Part shown: in pieces, positions 46,338-57,038 of the stretch
Layout of the letters: every line of letters begins with the position of its first letter
Position numbering within the stretch: position 1 is the stretch's first letter
IMG/VR virus record: IMGVR_UViG_3300031823_000001
Coordinates: 32,001 to 96,000 of that record
Direction: 5' to 3' (one strand)
Source of the DNA: a virus
DNA: 64,000 nt
Program-made: the position numbers and the translations under genes
The notes under the pieces: generated by a model
Told to the model about the DNA's origin: nothing
Seen by the model: the letters and a program-made list of their open reading frames with translations, nothing else
The model's database searches: none

Positions 46338-48749
46338 ATGACGATTCCGTGGCCGGGGGGCCTCGACCGCTCAGTGAACCAGCCCGACCCTGGCCAGCAG
46401 CAGGTCACCCAGGGCCTGAACGCCGTCGTCACCCAGCTCCGCAGCATGAACCAGGCGATCCAGGCGCAGACGTCGATGATGCAGCGGACCATCAACGCCT
46501 CTTCGCGCTTCCAGTCCCCGGGGCAGCAGGCCGCTCACTCGGCCGGCCAGCCGCACATGCGCCAGGACGTCACCCAGGCCCTGGTGGCGGGCGGCGGCAC
46601 CCTGTCGGGGGCCCAGCTCTCCCAGGTCTCCCCGATGAGCGCGATGACCTCCCTGGAGTCGCTCAAGGCATTCGGCGCGCAGCAGCTCGGCCAGTGGATG
46701 GCCGGGATGCCGCTGTACGAGTCGGGCAGCACCCCCGCCGGCATGCCGACCTCGTTCACCCTGCCGCAGCAGTCGAACTACTGGTCCGGCGGCGTCCCGG
46801 GCGACAGCACCCCGGCGGGACCCGAGTACATGGGCCGCCACGCGAGCGGCTACTCCGGTTCTCACCGTGCCTCGCCTGCTGCTCCTGTCGGCGGTAGCGG
46901 AGGCAGCGCAGGAGGCCAGGGCGGCGGCGGAGGAGGCGCAGGAGGTCCTGCCGGGCCGGGCGGCGGCCCTCCTGCCGGAGGAGGCCACGGCGGAGGCGCC
47001 GGGGGCGGCGGAGGAAGCAGCTCCAACCTGAGCCTCCTCCAGCGCGTCGGCGTCCAGGTGGCCGCCTCGGCGGGCGGTCCCGGCACCATCACCAACGCGC
47101 TGCGCAACGTCCCCGGCGTCGGCCTGGCCATGGACGCGGTCAACTCGGTCGCCAACACCTACATCGCGCAGCGCGAGGCCGGCCGGGTCTACCAGAACGT
47201 GGAGGGCGGTTCCAACCTCGGCGCGCAGACCGAGCGGCTGCACGCACTGGCCTACGAGGCGTCCATGTACGGCCGGATGCCGTCCGGCGCCGCCGCGCAG
47301 GCGTTCGGCCAGGTCACCGCGATGGGCTTCAACCAGGCGGCGCAGAACGAGGGCGGCCAGCTCCAGAACCGCCAGTCGGCCCTCAACTTCGCCTACCACA
47401 ACTACACGGCGACCGGCATGGACGTGAACGAGTCCATGGGGTTCCTCGCCTCGGCCAGCCAGAACCCGACAGTCAACCTCAACCAGCTCTCCACCGCGCT
47501 GAACAACCTGTCTACCTCCGCCGGGAAAGCCGGCGTCAACGCCGAGCAGGCCCGGCAGAGCTTCCAGAGCTACTTCAACGCCGCCCTCGGCCAGGGGGCA
47601 GGCAACAGCTCGACCGGCATCGCCCAGGGCATCGCGGGCATGCAGGCGTCGGGAGGCAAGACAATGGCCGGGGTGAACTTCTCCGGGCTGCTGTCCTCGC
47701 AGAACCAGTACCTGCTGTCCGGCCAGAGCGGCCTGTCGGTGCCGCAGCTCCAGCAGATCCAGCGGACCAATCCCGCGCAGTACAACCAGCTCCTGTCCGG
47801 GCAGAGCCTGTCGGAACTCACTTCCAGCGGGCTGATGAGCAGCCAGGAGCAGCAGGGGCTCAAGCAGATGATCTCCCAGGCGGGCGGGACCTCCGCGCTC
47901 CAGGCGAACCCGGACCTCTACAGCCAGATCGTCGGCCAGTTCCTCAACAAGTACCAGACCAGCGGGAACATCAACGAGAACGTCTGGACCGGCTACATCA
48001 ACAGCATGACCGGCTCGAACATGAACAACAACCAGGCCATGCAGTGGATCGTGCAGCAGGTGGCCGGGGTCAACGAGTCGTCTTCCAACGGCAGCCTCGC
48101 CACCAGCCCGACCACCAACGGCGCGAGCGTGCCCGCGAACAAGCTGGGCAGCGCACCGACGGGCAAGGGCGGCCTGGCGCTGCCGTCGCAGCCGGGACTG
48201 ACCGGCCAGCTTTTCCTCGGCGACAAGTCCAAGACGTGGCAGCAGGTCCTCCAGGGCGACAACTCGGCGGCGGCGGCCCCGTACCTGGCGGCCGAGAAGC
48301 AGAGCGGGCAGCGGAACCCGGTGCTGGAGTCGCTGCTCCAGAACACCAGCTCAAGCGACCAGGTGTCCGTGCAGACCGCGACCGGCACCCGGGTCATGAG
48401 CATGGCCGACGCGATGAAGTACTACCCGAACGAACTCCAGGCCGGGAACGTCAACTTCTACGGTTCGAACGGCCAGTCGCTCGGCAACACCGCCGCGCTG
48501 ACCGGCGGCCTGGTCAACACGGGGGCGAATACCGCCGGGGAGGTCCAGCAGAAGGCCGGATCTACTCTGGGCAGCACCCTGTCGGCGTGGCAGAAGGCGC
48601 ACCCGGCGTCCGGCGGGCAGATCACGAACATCGTGGACCTGTCCACCGAGGCGAAGCAGCTCCTGAAGCTGCTGCCGTCTACCAGCAACGCGGCGGCGGC
48701 CACCAGCACCGTCCCTGCGAACACCTACGCCTCGCAGGCGAGCCGCTGA
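46338..48749 (+). CDS. tape measure protein
   Basis: 803 aa A/Q/G/S-rich; follows chaperone frameshift pair. Confidence 0.8.
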   Translation: MTIPWPGGLDRSVNQPDPGQQQVTQGLNAVVTQLRSMNQAIQAQTSMMQRTINASSRFQSPGQQAAHSAGQPHMRQDVTQALVAGGGTLSGAQLSQVSPMSAMTSLESLKAFGAQQLGQWMAGMPLYESGSTPAGMPTSFTLPQQSNYWSGGVPGDSTPAGPEYMGRHASGYSGSHRASPAAPVGGSGGSAGGQGGGGGGAGGPAGPGGGPPAGGGHGGGAGGGGGSSSNLSLLQRVGVQVAASAGGPGTITNALRNVPGVGLAMDAVNSVANTYIAQREAGRVYQNVEGGSNLGAQTERLHALAYEASMYGRMPSGAAAQAFGQVTAMGFNQAAQNEGGQLQNRQSALNFAYHNYTATGMDVNESMGFLASASQNPTVNLNQLSTALNNLSTSAGKAGVNAEQARQSFQSYFNAALGQGAGNSSTGIAQGIAGMQASGGKTMAGVNFSGLLSSQNQYLLSGQSGLSVPQLQQIQRTNPAQYNQLLSGQSLSELTSSGLMSSQEQQGLKQMISQAGGTSALQANPDLYSQIVGQFLNKYQTSGNINENVWTGYINSMTGSNMNNNQAMQWIVQQVAGVNESSSNGSLATSPTTNGASVPANKLGSAPTGKGGLALPSQPGLTGQLFLGDKSKTWQQVLQGDNSAAAAPYLAAEKQSGQRNPVLESLLQNTSSSDQVSVQTATGTRVMSMADAMKYYPNELQAGNVNFYGSNGQSLGNTAALTGGLVNTGANTAGEVQQKAGSTLGSTLSAWQKAHPASGGQITNIVDLSTEAKQLLKLLPSTSNAAAATSTVPANTYASQASR

Positions 48750-48881
48750 CCACGGACTTCACCTGAATCCCGGGCGCAGCGCGTTACCCTCGTGTTACTT
48801 TCCAGGCTTGTACGCCGGCTAGGCTCCGGCCCCGCTCGCGGGACCCCGGCCCGAGGCCGTCCCTGCGAGGTCTGGAGCCCG

Positions 48882-49535
48882 ATGCGCACCGTCCCGCCGA
48901 GCCAGCGCCAGGTCTACTTCGCGGGGGCGCTGACCGCCGCCGCCGTAGCCTTCGTCTCCCCGCCCCTCCACCTGCCGTCGTCTGCCCCGGGCGCCGCCCT
49001 CGACGCCGTCGTGGTGAAACCGTCCCGCACCGCAGAGCAGCCCGTCCTGACCGGGCCGCAGGTGTTCGCCTCCTACCGCGCCCGGCACCGCCAGACGGCG
49101 CCCCGGGTCCAGGTCCCGGCGCCCCGCGTGTCGGACGACCTCGAATCGGCTGCGGTCATCCCCTCCCCGCCGCCCCCGCAGCCCTCCCAGGCCGCTCAGC
49201 CCGCGAGCACCGCCCAGGCGTCTCCTTACCCGTCCTACTCCGACCTGCCCTCGCAGAGCGGCGCATACGGCTCGCCAGGGGCGCAGAGCGGTTCCTCCGG
49301 CAGCACCAGCTCGTTCCAGGCGTGCGTCATCGCCCGCGAGTCCGGCGGCAACCCCCAGGTCATGAACGCCTCCGGGCACTACGGCCTCTACCAGTTCAGC
49401 GCTTCGACCTGGGCGGAGTACGGCGGCAACCCCGCCGACTTCGGCAATGCCTCCGCAGCGGAGCAGAACCAGGTATTCGCCAACGCCATGGCGGCCGGCG
49501 GCGAGTCGAACTGGGCGCCGTACGACGGCTGCTAG
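48882..49535 (+). CDS. Rpf-like lytic transglycosylase with N-terminal hydrophobic segment
   Basis: C...RESGGN....N.SG.YGLYQF...TW...GG...AS..EQ......W motif. Confidence 0.85.
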   Translation: MRTVPPSQRQVYFAGALTAAAVAFVSPPLHLPSSAPGAALDAVVVKPSRTAEQPVLTGPQVFASYRARHRQTAPRVQVPAPRVSDDLESAAVIPSPPPPQPSQAAQPASTAQASPYPSYSDLPSQSGAYGSPGAQSGSSGSTSSFQACVIARESGGNPQVMNASGHYGLYQFSASTWAEYGGNPADFGNASAAEQNQVFANAMAAGGESNWAPYDGC

Positions 49536-50032
49536 CGGCGGGGGAGGCCCGCCGCGATCCACGCATCGAGCCGCCTCTTCCCCTCCGGCCCGGCTGGCGG
49601 CAGGGACTGAAGCGCCTCCCAGTCGAACGGGAACGGCCAGCCGGGGTCACCCGACGGCAGCTCCAGCGGACGCGGCGGCTTCTGGTTCCTGCTCCTGATC
49701 GCCGCCCGCACCGGGTCGCTCCACGACGAGTCTGCCTGGTCACGGGAGAAGTCGGTGGCCCCGAGGACTACAAGGCCGAGGGGCGGGCTTCCGGCTACGC
49801 GAAACGGCCCGGTCCCGTCCCGGTACCTGCTCGGCCACGCACCGAGCCTGACAGTAGGGGACGGCACGGTCTGCGAACCGTGCACCCGGTTGTCCCACAG
49901 CCGGGTGCGCTTGCCCTTCTTGCCCGGCCGCCAGTTTCTGCCCATCATCAGGCTCGCGCCCGGGTGCTGCGGGCACGGACCCTTTGCGGCCCAGCCGCAC
50001 TCGGTGCACAGGTACTTCGGGCGGGCGCTCAC
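49532..50032 (-). CDS. hypothetical protein with N-terminal Zn ribbon
   Basis: CTEC...CPQH. Confidence 0.55.
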   Translation of the reverse strand: MSARPKYLCTECGWAAKGPCPQHPGASLMMGRNWRPGKKGKRTRLWDNRVHGSQTVPSPTVRLGAWPSRYRDGTGPFRVAGSPPLGLVVLGATDFSRDQADSSWSDPVRAAIRSRNQKPPRPLELPSGDPGWPFPFDWEALQSLPPAGPEGKRRLDAWIAAGLPRR

Positions 50033-50034
50033 TG

Positions 50035-50316
50035 CTAGCTCCTCACTGCCCGGAAGACGCGCTCGCGGCGGCCGTCCGGGTGCACGAGGTACACCCGGTC
50101 CTGGATGCTGTAGGTGCCCTGGCCGCCGCTGCTCGCGGTCGGCTGAGTACGCTCCAGGTCTTCCAGTCGCCTCTGCGCGTCGAGGAGGGCCTCCTGCGGG
50201 CTGGCGTACTCCGGCTTCATCCCGTCCAGGGTGCTGCGCCCGTCCACCACGTTGACGTCTCCGAGCGGGTAGTCCTCCTCAGAGAACGCGTCGTAGCCTG
50301 CCAGCTTCCAGGTCAC
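50035..50316 (-). CDS. hypothetical protein (MTWKLAGYDAFS...)
   Basis: GTGA coupling. Confidence 0.65.
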   Translation of the reverse strand: MTWKLAGYDAFSEEDYPLGDVNVVDGRSTLDGMKPEYASPQEALLDAQRRLEDLERTQPTASSGGQGTYSIQDRVYLVHPDGRRERVFRAVRS

Positions 50317-50672
50317 TGCCCGCCCCTTTCCGGCCCCATCACGCTGTCGGTGAGGCGCCCGGACCACTCCCGGTTGTACTTCGCCCACTCGTGGTGCGCT
50401 GTCTCCATGACGGCGAACTGGATCAGGGCCGCTTCTCCCGGGCTGAGCCCGAGGCGCCGGGACGCGCGGTTCAGTTCGCCGGCGAACCAGATGACGATCA
50501 TCGCGGCCGGGACGGCGAACAGGATCAGCGCGGCGGCGCCCCACCGGACCATCCCGTTGAGCGCGCCCGGGTCGGCCCACGCCGAGTAGTGAAGTCCCTC
50601 GTACCCGGCGGCGACCAGGCACCCGAGGCCGCCTGCGATCGATGCGAGTGCTGCTGCTGTCTTCGGCTTCAT
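50313..50672 (-). CDS. two-TM membrane protein
   Basis: TATAAT 6 nt before ATG, inside a copy of the spacer motif. Confidence 0.7.
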   Translation of the reverse strand: MKPKTAAALASIAGGLGCLVAAGYEGLHYSAWADPGALNGMVRWGAAALILFAVPAAMIVIWFAGELNRASRRLGLSPGEAALIQFAVMETAHHEWAKYNREWSGRLTDSVMGPERGGQ

Positions 50673-50740
50673 GCTGAGATTATAGCTTTTCTTGATAATC
50701 GCCCGCTACCCCTTAACCCCCGGAAGCAGCGGAGGTGCTC

Positions 50741-51349
50741 ATGGGAACGGCGACGCTCGGCTACCCGAACGGCCCCTCGGTGGCGTTCAGGATCGACCCT
50801 GACCTCATCGACTGGACGTGGGCCGTGCAGACGAACGTAGTAGAGACCATCGGCGGCCGGGTGATCCAGGTCCTCGGCGCGTCCCTGGACGACCTTACCG
50901 TCCAGGGCAGCCTCGGCCAGGACCACGCGGACAAGGTCACCGGGGAGAGCTGGCAGCAGGCCCAGGCGTTCCTCACCACCGTCACCGCGATCATGGAGCA
51001 GCAGGCCTCCGACGCCACCACGAACGCCCTGATGCACCCCCCGGCGGTGTTCACCTACCCGCCGAAGGGCTGGCGGTGGAACGTCTACGTCAAGTCGCTG
51101 ACCGACCCCGACGGGAGCAGCTCGGTCATCCTCAAGCCGGGCAAGGTAAACCAGCGCTACGTGCTGACCCTGTTCATCGTCAACGAGAGCGCGAGCCTGA
51201 CGGCCGCCGGGACCACGGCCAACGGCGCGCTCGCCCAGCAGTCAACCCTGGCGATCTCCCAGTTCATGGCCAGGATCAGCGACGGCGTCGGGTGGACGGC
51301 CAACAAGTACACCGGCATCTACACCGGCAGCACGCCGCCCGGCACCTGA
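50741..51349 (+). CDS. baseplate / tube-initiator type protein
   Basis: F.IDP..I.W...T.V.ETIGGRV.Q.LG; tail operon position. Confidence 0.65.
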   Translation: MGTATLGYPNGPSVAFRIDPDLIDWTWAVQTNVVETIGGRVIQVLGASLDDLTVQGSLGQDHADKVTGESWQQAQAFLTTVTAIMEQQASDATTNALMHPPAVFTYPPKGWRWNVYVKSLTDPDGSSSVILKPGKVNQRYVLTLFIVNESASLTAAGTTANGALAQQSTLAISQFMARISDGVGWTANKYTGIYTGSTPPGT

Positions 51350-51383
51350 CTCCGCCCCCGGAAGCACCGGAGGAGGATCAGCG

Positions 51384-51626
51384 ATGCCGTTCAATACCCC
51401 GCCCGCCTGGGGCGCAGACGTCCCGATCTCGATGCCGCTCCCCGCCGCCGAGCCGGTCATGGTCGATATGTACGGCTTCGGGATGACCCAGTACCGGCTG
51501 GTGCACTCCCTGTCCCAGGCGGACTACGAGTCGCTCGCCGTCCCCGTGTACGCCCCGGCCAGCCCGACCGGCGCCGTGGTGGCCGGCGATGCGGGCCTTG
51601 ACGCCACCGGGAAGTCGTCGGGCTGA
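51384..51626 (+). CDS. small tail-associated protein
   Basis: GGAGGAGG SD; coupled to next gene. Confidence 0.65.
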   Translation: MPFNTPPAWGADVPISMPLPAAEPVMVDMYGFGMTQYRLVHSLSQADYESLAVPVYAPASPTGAVVAGDAGLDATGKSSG

Positions 51627-52384
51627 TGGCGCGCCAGGGGCTGAACGGGACCCTCACCTACACCGACGGGACCACGGCGTACACCTACCAGGTCCGGGTC
51701 GGACAGGTCGGCTACGGGGTGGACATGATCTACGCCGAGGACCAGGCGCGCACCCAGCGGAGCTTCTACCCGCACCGCACCGCCAACCAGCAGTTCTCCG
51801 TCCAGGTGCTGCTGCTGAACTGGGACGAGCGCAACGACCTGATGACCTGGATGTCGAGCTACGCCCAGTACGCGCTCGACCCGACTGCCGTCCGCACTGT
51901 CTTCCCGTTCATGCAGGTGGTCTGCCCGGTGCGGAACTTCAACCAGCAGGGGATGCCGCTGAAGGGATACGAGTGGGGGGCGCACTCCGGGATGATGGCG
52001 TTCTCCCCGGTGTTCACCTTCGAGGCGGCCCAGTCGCCGGGGCAGAACTCCCTCTCGGTCGTCACCAGCTCCGTGGTCAACGCGGCCAGCGCCTTCGCCA
52101 GCGACCCGGCCGTCCAGTACTTCTACCCGTTCTCCACGCAGCTTTCGGCCAGCCAGGTCCCGCAGGACTACGGCCAGGTGGTCCCGTCTCCTGGCACCGT
52201 GCCGCCCGCGCAGACCGCTCCCGGACCGGACAACCCGCCCGCCGGGGTGAGCCAGTCGCAGTGGACCAACGCCCTCGGCGCGGTCGGCGTGGTCAACCCC
52301 GGCACCGTCGCCGGGCCGGCTTACCCGCCTGCCGGGAGCGCCGCCGATGCGGCCACCTCCCCGGGCATCTCCCTGGGGGGCTGA
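51626..52384 (+). CDS. baseplate-associated protein
   Basis: TGATG coupling; GC3-rich. Confidence 0.65.
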   Translation: MARQGLNGTLTYTDGTTAYTYQVRVGQVGYGVDMIYAEDQARTQRSFYPHRTANQQFSVQVLLLNWDERNDLMTWMSSYAQYALDPTAVRTVFPFMQVVCPVRNFNQQGMPLKGYEWGAHSGMMAFSPVFTFEAAQSPGQNSLSVVTSSVVNAASAFASDPAVQYFYPFSTQLSASQVPQDYGQVVPSPGTVPPAQTAPGPDNPPAGVSQSQWTNALGAVGVVNPGTVAGPAYPPAGSAADAATSPGISLGG

Positions 52385-52386
52385 CC

Positions 52387-55011
52387 GTGGCGGTGTTCAT
52401 GTACGCGCCGGGGATCGCGATCTACATCTCGACGCAGAATAACGGGATCATCGATGTCAGCAACGACGTCACCCAGGGGACCCTGGTGCGCCGCAGCGAC
52501 GGGGTCTCGACGTTCTCCTTCAACCTCCAGAACCCGTTCCGCAAGTACCAGGGGATCTTCACCCCGAACGACCGGATCATCGTGATGATGAAGCGGGTGT
52601 CCTGGGTCCGGGTTTTCACCGGCTACCTGAACCAGGTGCCGCTGGTCACGGCGTGGCCGTCAACGGTGCAGCTCACAGCCTCCTGCTCCCTCAAGCGGCT
52701 CCAGTACTGGTTCTGGGACCCGGGCCTCCCCGCCTCGCAGAACATGGTCGCCCAGGCTATGGCGACCGCAGCCAACCCCGACGACGGCGGCACCTCGGCG
52801 GCCGTGCTCGCGATCCTCCAGAACGTGGTCGGCTGGCCCTCCAGCAAGGTCCACATCGCCGGGGTGCCGCAGGGCTGGTCCGCCTGGGCCTACAAGATCG
52901 CCCAGCAGGTGGAGGGGGAGCTGTCCTCGGCGGACACCCTGGCACAGCAGCTTTACGCTGCGCTCGGGGCGGGCGGAACCGTCGGCGGGGTGACCGGCGG
53001 CGGGGTGACCGTCCCGTCGAACGCGCTGGCCGCCGGGACCTACGCCGGGCAGTCGCTGACCACCGCGCAGGTGCAGACGGCCACTCTCATCTACAACACC
53101 GTGATCCAGATGGGCGGGTCCGTCAACGACGCGATCGTCGCGATCATGACCGCCTACCAGGAGAGCCGGCTGGGTGCCAACACCGGCTCCAGCCCCAGCG
53201 CCATCGGGCTGTTCCAGCAGAACCCGGCGGACGGGTGGGGCACCGCCGCGCAGCTCGCCAACAACACCACGGCGACCCAGGCGTTCGCGAAAGTGCTCCT
53301 CGGCATCACCAACAGGTCCACGATGACCGACGCCCAGCAGGCGCAGGCGGTGCAGCGGTCGGCCGACGGCTCGCTGTACGCCCAGTGGCAGACGATGGCC
53401 ACCGACCTGGTGGACTCGCTGACGACCACCGGGGCCTCCTCGGTGGCGAACACCCCGGCTGCCGCCGCCACCGCCGCGACCAAGACCGGGAAGGCGTCCG
53501 GGGCGCAGCTCCTCGGGACGGCGCTGAACCTGGTGGACACCTACTCGATTCCCTACCAGGAGGGAAACGACTCGGCCTACAACGCGGCCGTCCCTACCGT
53601 GCTGGACTGCTCGTCGTTCACCCAGTGGGTCTACTACCACACGCTCGGCTCCATCGGCTCGATGCCGCGCACCTCCCAGGAGCAGTCCGCCTGGGCCACG
53701 GAGATCCCCGTCGCCCAGGCGCTCAACACCCCGGGCGCGCTGCTGTTCTACGGCACCCCCGGCACCTCCTCCCACGTGGAGATCTCCTGCGGCACCGGCA
53801 GCAGCAGCGTCGGGGCGCATACCACCGGCACCTATGCCGGGGTGGTCGGCGCCGGGGCCTACAGCAACGCCAACCCCTACGGGTTCGCCTTCGGCGGCCT
53901 CGCCCCGAACATCGACTACTCGGCGACGCCGGGCACTTCCCCCGCCTACGCCTCGGTGCCGGCCAACGGGGCGGCCCTGGCGGCGGGATCGCCCGCCAGC
54001 ACCAACCCGCTGGCCGCGACCACCCCGGGCGCGGAGCTGGCCGCCGAGGGGCTCCAGGTCAACCCGTCGTCCTCCGAGCCCTGGTACAACCCGACGAACG
54101 AGTTCGACAAGCTCTTCGGCAGCTCCCCGTGGATTCCGACGTTCGACACCGACGCGCAGCTCACCGCGCAGATCCTCACCGGCCCCCGCGCGCTGATGGC
54201 CGACAGCCCGCTGCTGCCGTACCTGAAGAACCTGTTCGCCTCGTGCATGCGCTCGTACTGCTCGGCGCCGAACGGCGACCTGATGGCCTGGTTCCCGGAT
54301 TTCTACGGCATCTGGGGCACGGCGGCGATCATGCAGATCGAGTCGATCGAGCTTCAGGACTTCACCGTCTACTGGGACGACGAGCAGCTCATCACGCACC
54401 AGTTCGTGGTGGGCGCGCCGCAGAACCAGATCGACCTCGGGTCAGGAACGGTGTCCAGCGTCTCGATCACCGCCCCGAGCGGCACCCAGTCGATCCCCCA
54501 GGACCTGCTGCTGGCGATGTCAACCACCGGGATCGCCAGCATCGACTTCCCTGCCATCATGTACGCGCTGTTCGGCCTGGACGCCACCTCCACGGCAGCG
54601 AAGTCGTTCACCCAGTACGTCTACAACCGCTTCGGCGCGCGGCCCGACATGGAGCAGCTCCCGGGACTGGCGGGACCGTCGGGGGAGTTCTTCGGGGCGC
54701 TTTTCCTGTTCATGCGGAGCTGGGCCTACCAGTACAACGCAGATATCCCGATGACTTTCATGCCTGAGCTGTGGCCTGGAATGCTTATCCAGGTCCCTGA
54801 TTTCAGCTTCCAGGCCTACGTCACCACGGTGACCCATACCTTTCAGATGGGCGAGGGCGGCTTCTTCGACACCACCGTCAATATCGCCGCCCCGTCCCGC
54901 ATCCCGGGCAGCGGCAACGATTCCGGCGGCCAGCTCATCGGCCTCCCGGTAGCCGGCGGACTGGTCTCCCCGGGAAGCACGCCGGCCCCGGCGGCAGGGA
55001 CGGGCGGCTGA
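52387..55011 (+). CDS. baseplate hub protein with lysozyme-like and NlpC/P60 peptidoglycan hydrolase domains
   Basis: AYQES.L....GLFQQ...GWG; LDCSSFTQWVY...PRTS.EQ...HVEI. Confidence 0.82.
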   Translation: MAVFMYAPGIAIYISTQNNGIIDVSNDVTQGTLVRRSDGVSTFSFNLQNPFRKYQGIFTPNDRIIVMMKRVSWVRVFTGYLNQVPLVTAWPSTVQLTASCSLKRLQYWFWDPGLPASQNMVAQAMATAANPDDGGTSAAVLAILQNVVGWPSSKVHIAGVPQGWSAWAYKIAQQVEGELSSADTLAQQLYAALGAGGTVGGVTGGGVTVPSNALAAGTYAGQSLTTAQVQTATLIYNTVIQMGGSVNDAIVAIMTAYQESRLGANTGSSPSAIGLFQQNPADGWGTAAQLANNTTATQAFAKVLLGITNRSTMTDAQQAQAVQRSADGSLYAQWQTMATDLVDSLTTTGASSVANTPAAAATAATKTGKASGAQLLGTALNLVDTYSIPYQEGNDSAYNAAVPTVLDCSSFTQWVYYHTLGSIGSMPRTSQEQSAWATEIPVAQALNTPGALLFYGTPGTSSHVEISCGTGSSSVGAHTTGTYAGVVGAGAYSNANPYGFAFGGLAPNIDYSATPGTSPAYASVPANGAALAAGSPASTNPLAATTPGAELAAEGLQVNPSSSEPWYNPTNEFDKLFGSSPWIPTFDTDAQLTAQILTGPRALMADSPLLPYLKNLFASCMRSYCSAPNGDLMAWFPDFYGIWGTAAIMQIESIELQDFTVYWDDEQLITHQFVVGAPQNQIDLGSGTVSSVSITAPSGTQSIPQDLLLAMSTTGIASIDFPAIMYALFGLDATSTAAKSFTQYVYNRFGARPDMEQLPGLAGPSGEFFGALFLFMRSWAYQYNADIPMTFMPELWPGMLIQVPDFSFQAYVTTVTHTFQMGEGGFFDTTVNIAAPSRIPGSGNDSGGQLIGLPVAGGLVSPGSTPAPAAGTGG

Positions 55012-56576
55012 TGGCCGCGCCGCGCCCGGCCCTCAACGGCGCCACCACCTCCGTCGGCTTCACCACCAAGCTGGTCACCATCCAGTCAGTCAGCCCGGAC
55101 GGCAAGACGGCGGTCTGCGTAGACCGGCAGAATACCCAGGTCAGCGTCCCCATGCTGGTGCAGCGCAGTAAGGGAGTTCTGCCCGCTGCCGGGGAAACGT
55201 GGCTGGTCACCCAGGATCTCGGCCAGTGGACGTTCGCGGCGGTCGTCGCGCAGTCGCCGGCTCAGTTCCAGACCGTCGCCCAGTCCAGCGGCGTCTACAG
55301 CGGGGGGACTGTCCCGGGCAACCCGACTGTCGGCGAGCTGTGGGTGAACTCCGCGCTGGGCAACATCGTCTCGGTGTGGAACGGCACCGACTGGGAGCCC
55401 CTCCAGTTCGGCGGCACCGCCATCCAGCCGGGCAGCCTGACCTCGGAGCAGCTTTCCGCCGAGGCGAACATCGCCGCCTCCCAGGTGAACTTCACCGCCT
55501 CCGACATCGGCGGGCGCACCACCACGATCTCGGCTACCGCGCCGCCGGACCCGTCGTTCGGCGACCTGTGGTACGACGCGGAGAACGGCTACCAGCTCAA
55601 CCAGTGGGACGGCACCGAGTGGATTCCCTACCAGTGGGGAACCCAGGCTATCGCCGCCAACTCGGTTACCACCGAACTGCTCGCCGCCGAGGCGGTCACC
55701 GCCGAGCAGATGGCCGCCGGGATCATCTACGGCGGGATCATCGACGGCACCATCGTGGACGCTGCGACGTTCATCGGCAGCACGTTCGAGGGCACCGACT
55801 TCATCCTCAACAGCGTCGGCGGGTACTGGTACACCACCACTCCGGGCGCCGGCGACCTGGTAGTGAGCATCACCGCGCAGGCGGGGACCGACCCGGAGGG
55901 GAACACCACCGAAGGCGGCGTCACCATCTACCAGGGCGGCGCCCGCCTCCAGCTCCACGTCAACACCTCTGTCAGCGCCCCCGCGATCGAGATGCCGACC
56001 GGCGCGGCGTCGGAATCCGGGGGCGCCGCCATCTACACCTGGGTCCCGAACCCGGGGGCGCCTTCCGAGGGCCTGATCTCCTACTGGCAGGGACCGGGGT
56101 CGTCTTTCGACGGCAAGTCAGTCGCCATCCAGTTGACCAGCTCTAACGCTGACGGCTCGAAGCTCGCCCAGGGCGGCCTCGTCATAGACGGCGGGATCGT
56201 GGCCTACTGGGACGTTAACGGCCTTTACTCCACGGCCACGTGGGCGAACATGAGCCTTTCGAACGGCTGGTCGGTGAGCGGCACCGGGTTCGCCGAGTAC
56301 AAGCTGGGACTGGACAGGATGGTCCACGTCCGGTTCGGCGGCCTGGGTCCCGGCACCACGGCCAACGGCACCACGATCTGGACGCCGCCGTCGGGCCTCG
56401 TCCCGACTTTCACCGGCACCATGAGCTTCCCCATCGCTGTCGGGTACTCGGGGACCGCGCCTGCCTACGGCTCCACCCCTGAGGTTGTCTTCAGGGGCGG
56501 CAGCATGCAGTGCTTCAACATAAGCACCGGGACGGTCGCCAACATCGCGGGGACGTTCTCGTACCCCCTGGACTGA
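55011..56576 (+). CDS. baseplate spike / minor tail protein
   Basis: N-terminal OB-like segment (LPAAGETWLV); two P..GxLW...W.GT.W repeats. Confidence 0.65.
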   Translation: MAAPRPALNGATTSVGFTTKLVTIQSVSPDGKTAVCVDRQNTQVSVPMLVQRSKGVLPAAGETWLVTQDLGQWTFAAVVAQSPAQFQTVAQSSGVYSGGTVPGNPTVGELWVNSALGNIVSVWNGTDWEPLQFGGTAIQPGSLTSEQLSAEANIAASQVNFTASDIGGRTTTISATAPPDPSFGDLWYDAENGYQLNQWDGTEWIPYQWGTQAIAANSVTTELLAAEAVTAEQMAAGIIYGGIIDGTIVDAATFIGSTFEGTDFILNSVGGYWYTTTPGAGDLVVSITAQAGTDPEGNTTEGGVTIYQGGARLQLHVNTSVSAPAIEMPTGAASESGGAAIYTWVPNPGAPSEGLISYWQGPGSSFDGKSVAIQLTSSNADGSKLAQGGLVIDGGIVAYWDVNGLYSTATWANMSLSNGWSVSGTGFAEYKLGLDRMVHVRFGGLGPGTTANGTTIWTPPSGLVPTFTGTMSFPIAVGYSGTAPAYGSTPEVVFRGGSMQCFNISTGTVANIAGTFSYPLD

Positions 56577-56595
56577 CCGCCCGGAAGAGGGGGAG

Positions 56596-57036
56596 GTGGT
56601 CGTGAGAGATCTCCAGCTAGCCGGCGGGGACCTGGTCGCGTCCGGGCGAGGGTTCGCGACTGTGACCGGGGCCGGCTACGTCCGTCAGCGGGTCGCCTGC
56701 GCCCTGTCCGAGCCGTACGGCAGCGACCCGTACAACCCGGGGTGGGGGTCGGCCCTGACCGGGTGGCTCGGCGCGCCGCAGACCTCAAGCACCCAGGCGA
56801 TGGTCGCCTCCGAGGCGCAGCGGGTGCTCAGCGGGCTGATGGCCGCTCAGCAGCTCGTGCTCAAGTCGGCGGCGATGACCAACACCCGGAGCCAGCTCAA
56901 CAGCGCGGACGTCATCGCCTCGGTCAACAGCGTCACCGCCTCGGCCGGGTCCCGGCCCGACGCGGTGCAGGTCACCGTCACCCTCACCACCATGGGCGGC
57001 CAGCAGGTCCAGGCATCGCGGACGGTCAGCGCCTGA
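56596..57036 (+). CDS. baseplate wedge protein (gp25/W-like)
   Basis: L.E.YGSDPY.P.WGS.L motif; precedes baseplate J. Confidence 0.8.
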   Translation: MVVRDLQLAGGDLVASGRGFATVTGAGYVRQRVACALSEPYGSDPYNPGWGSALTGWLGAPQTSSTQAMVASEAQRVLSGLMAAQQLVLKSAAMTNTRSQLNSADVIASVNSVTASAGSRPDAVQVTVTLTTMGGQQVQASRTVSA

Positions 57037-57038
57037 TG

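Noticed and set aside
48760-48881. c-di-AMP (ydaO) riboswitch before the Rpf gene
   Set aside because: Conserved ydaO sequence blocks not recognisable.
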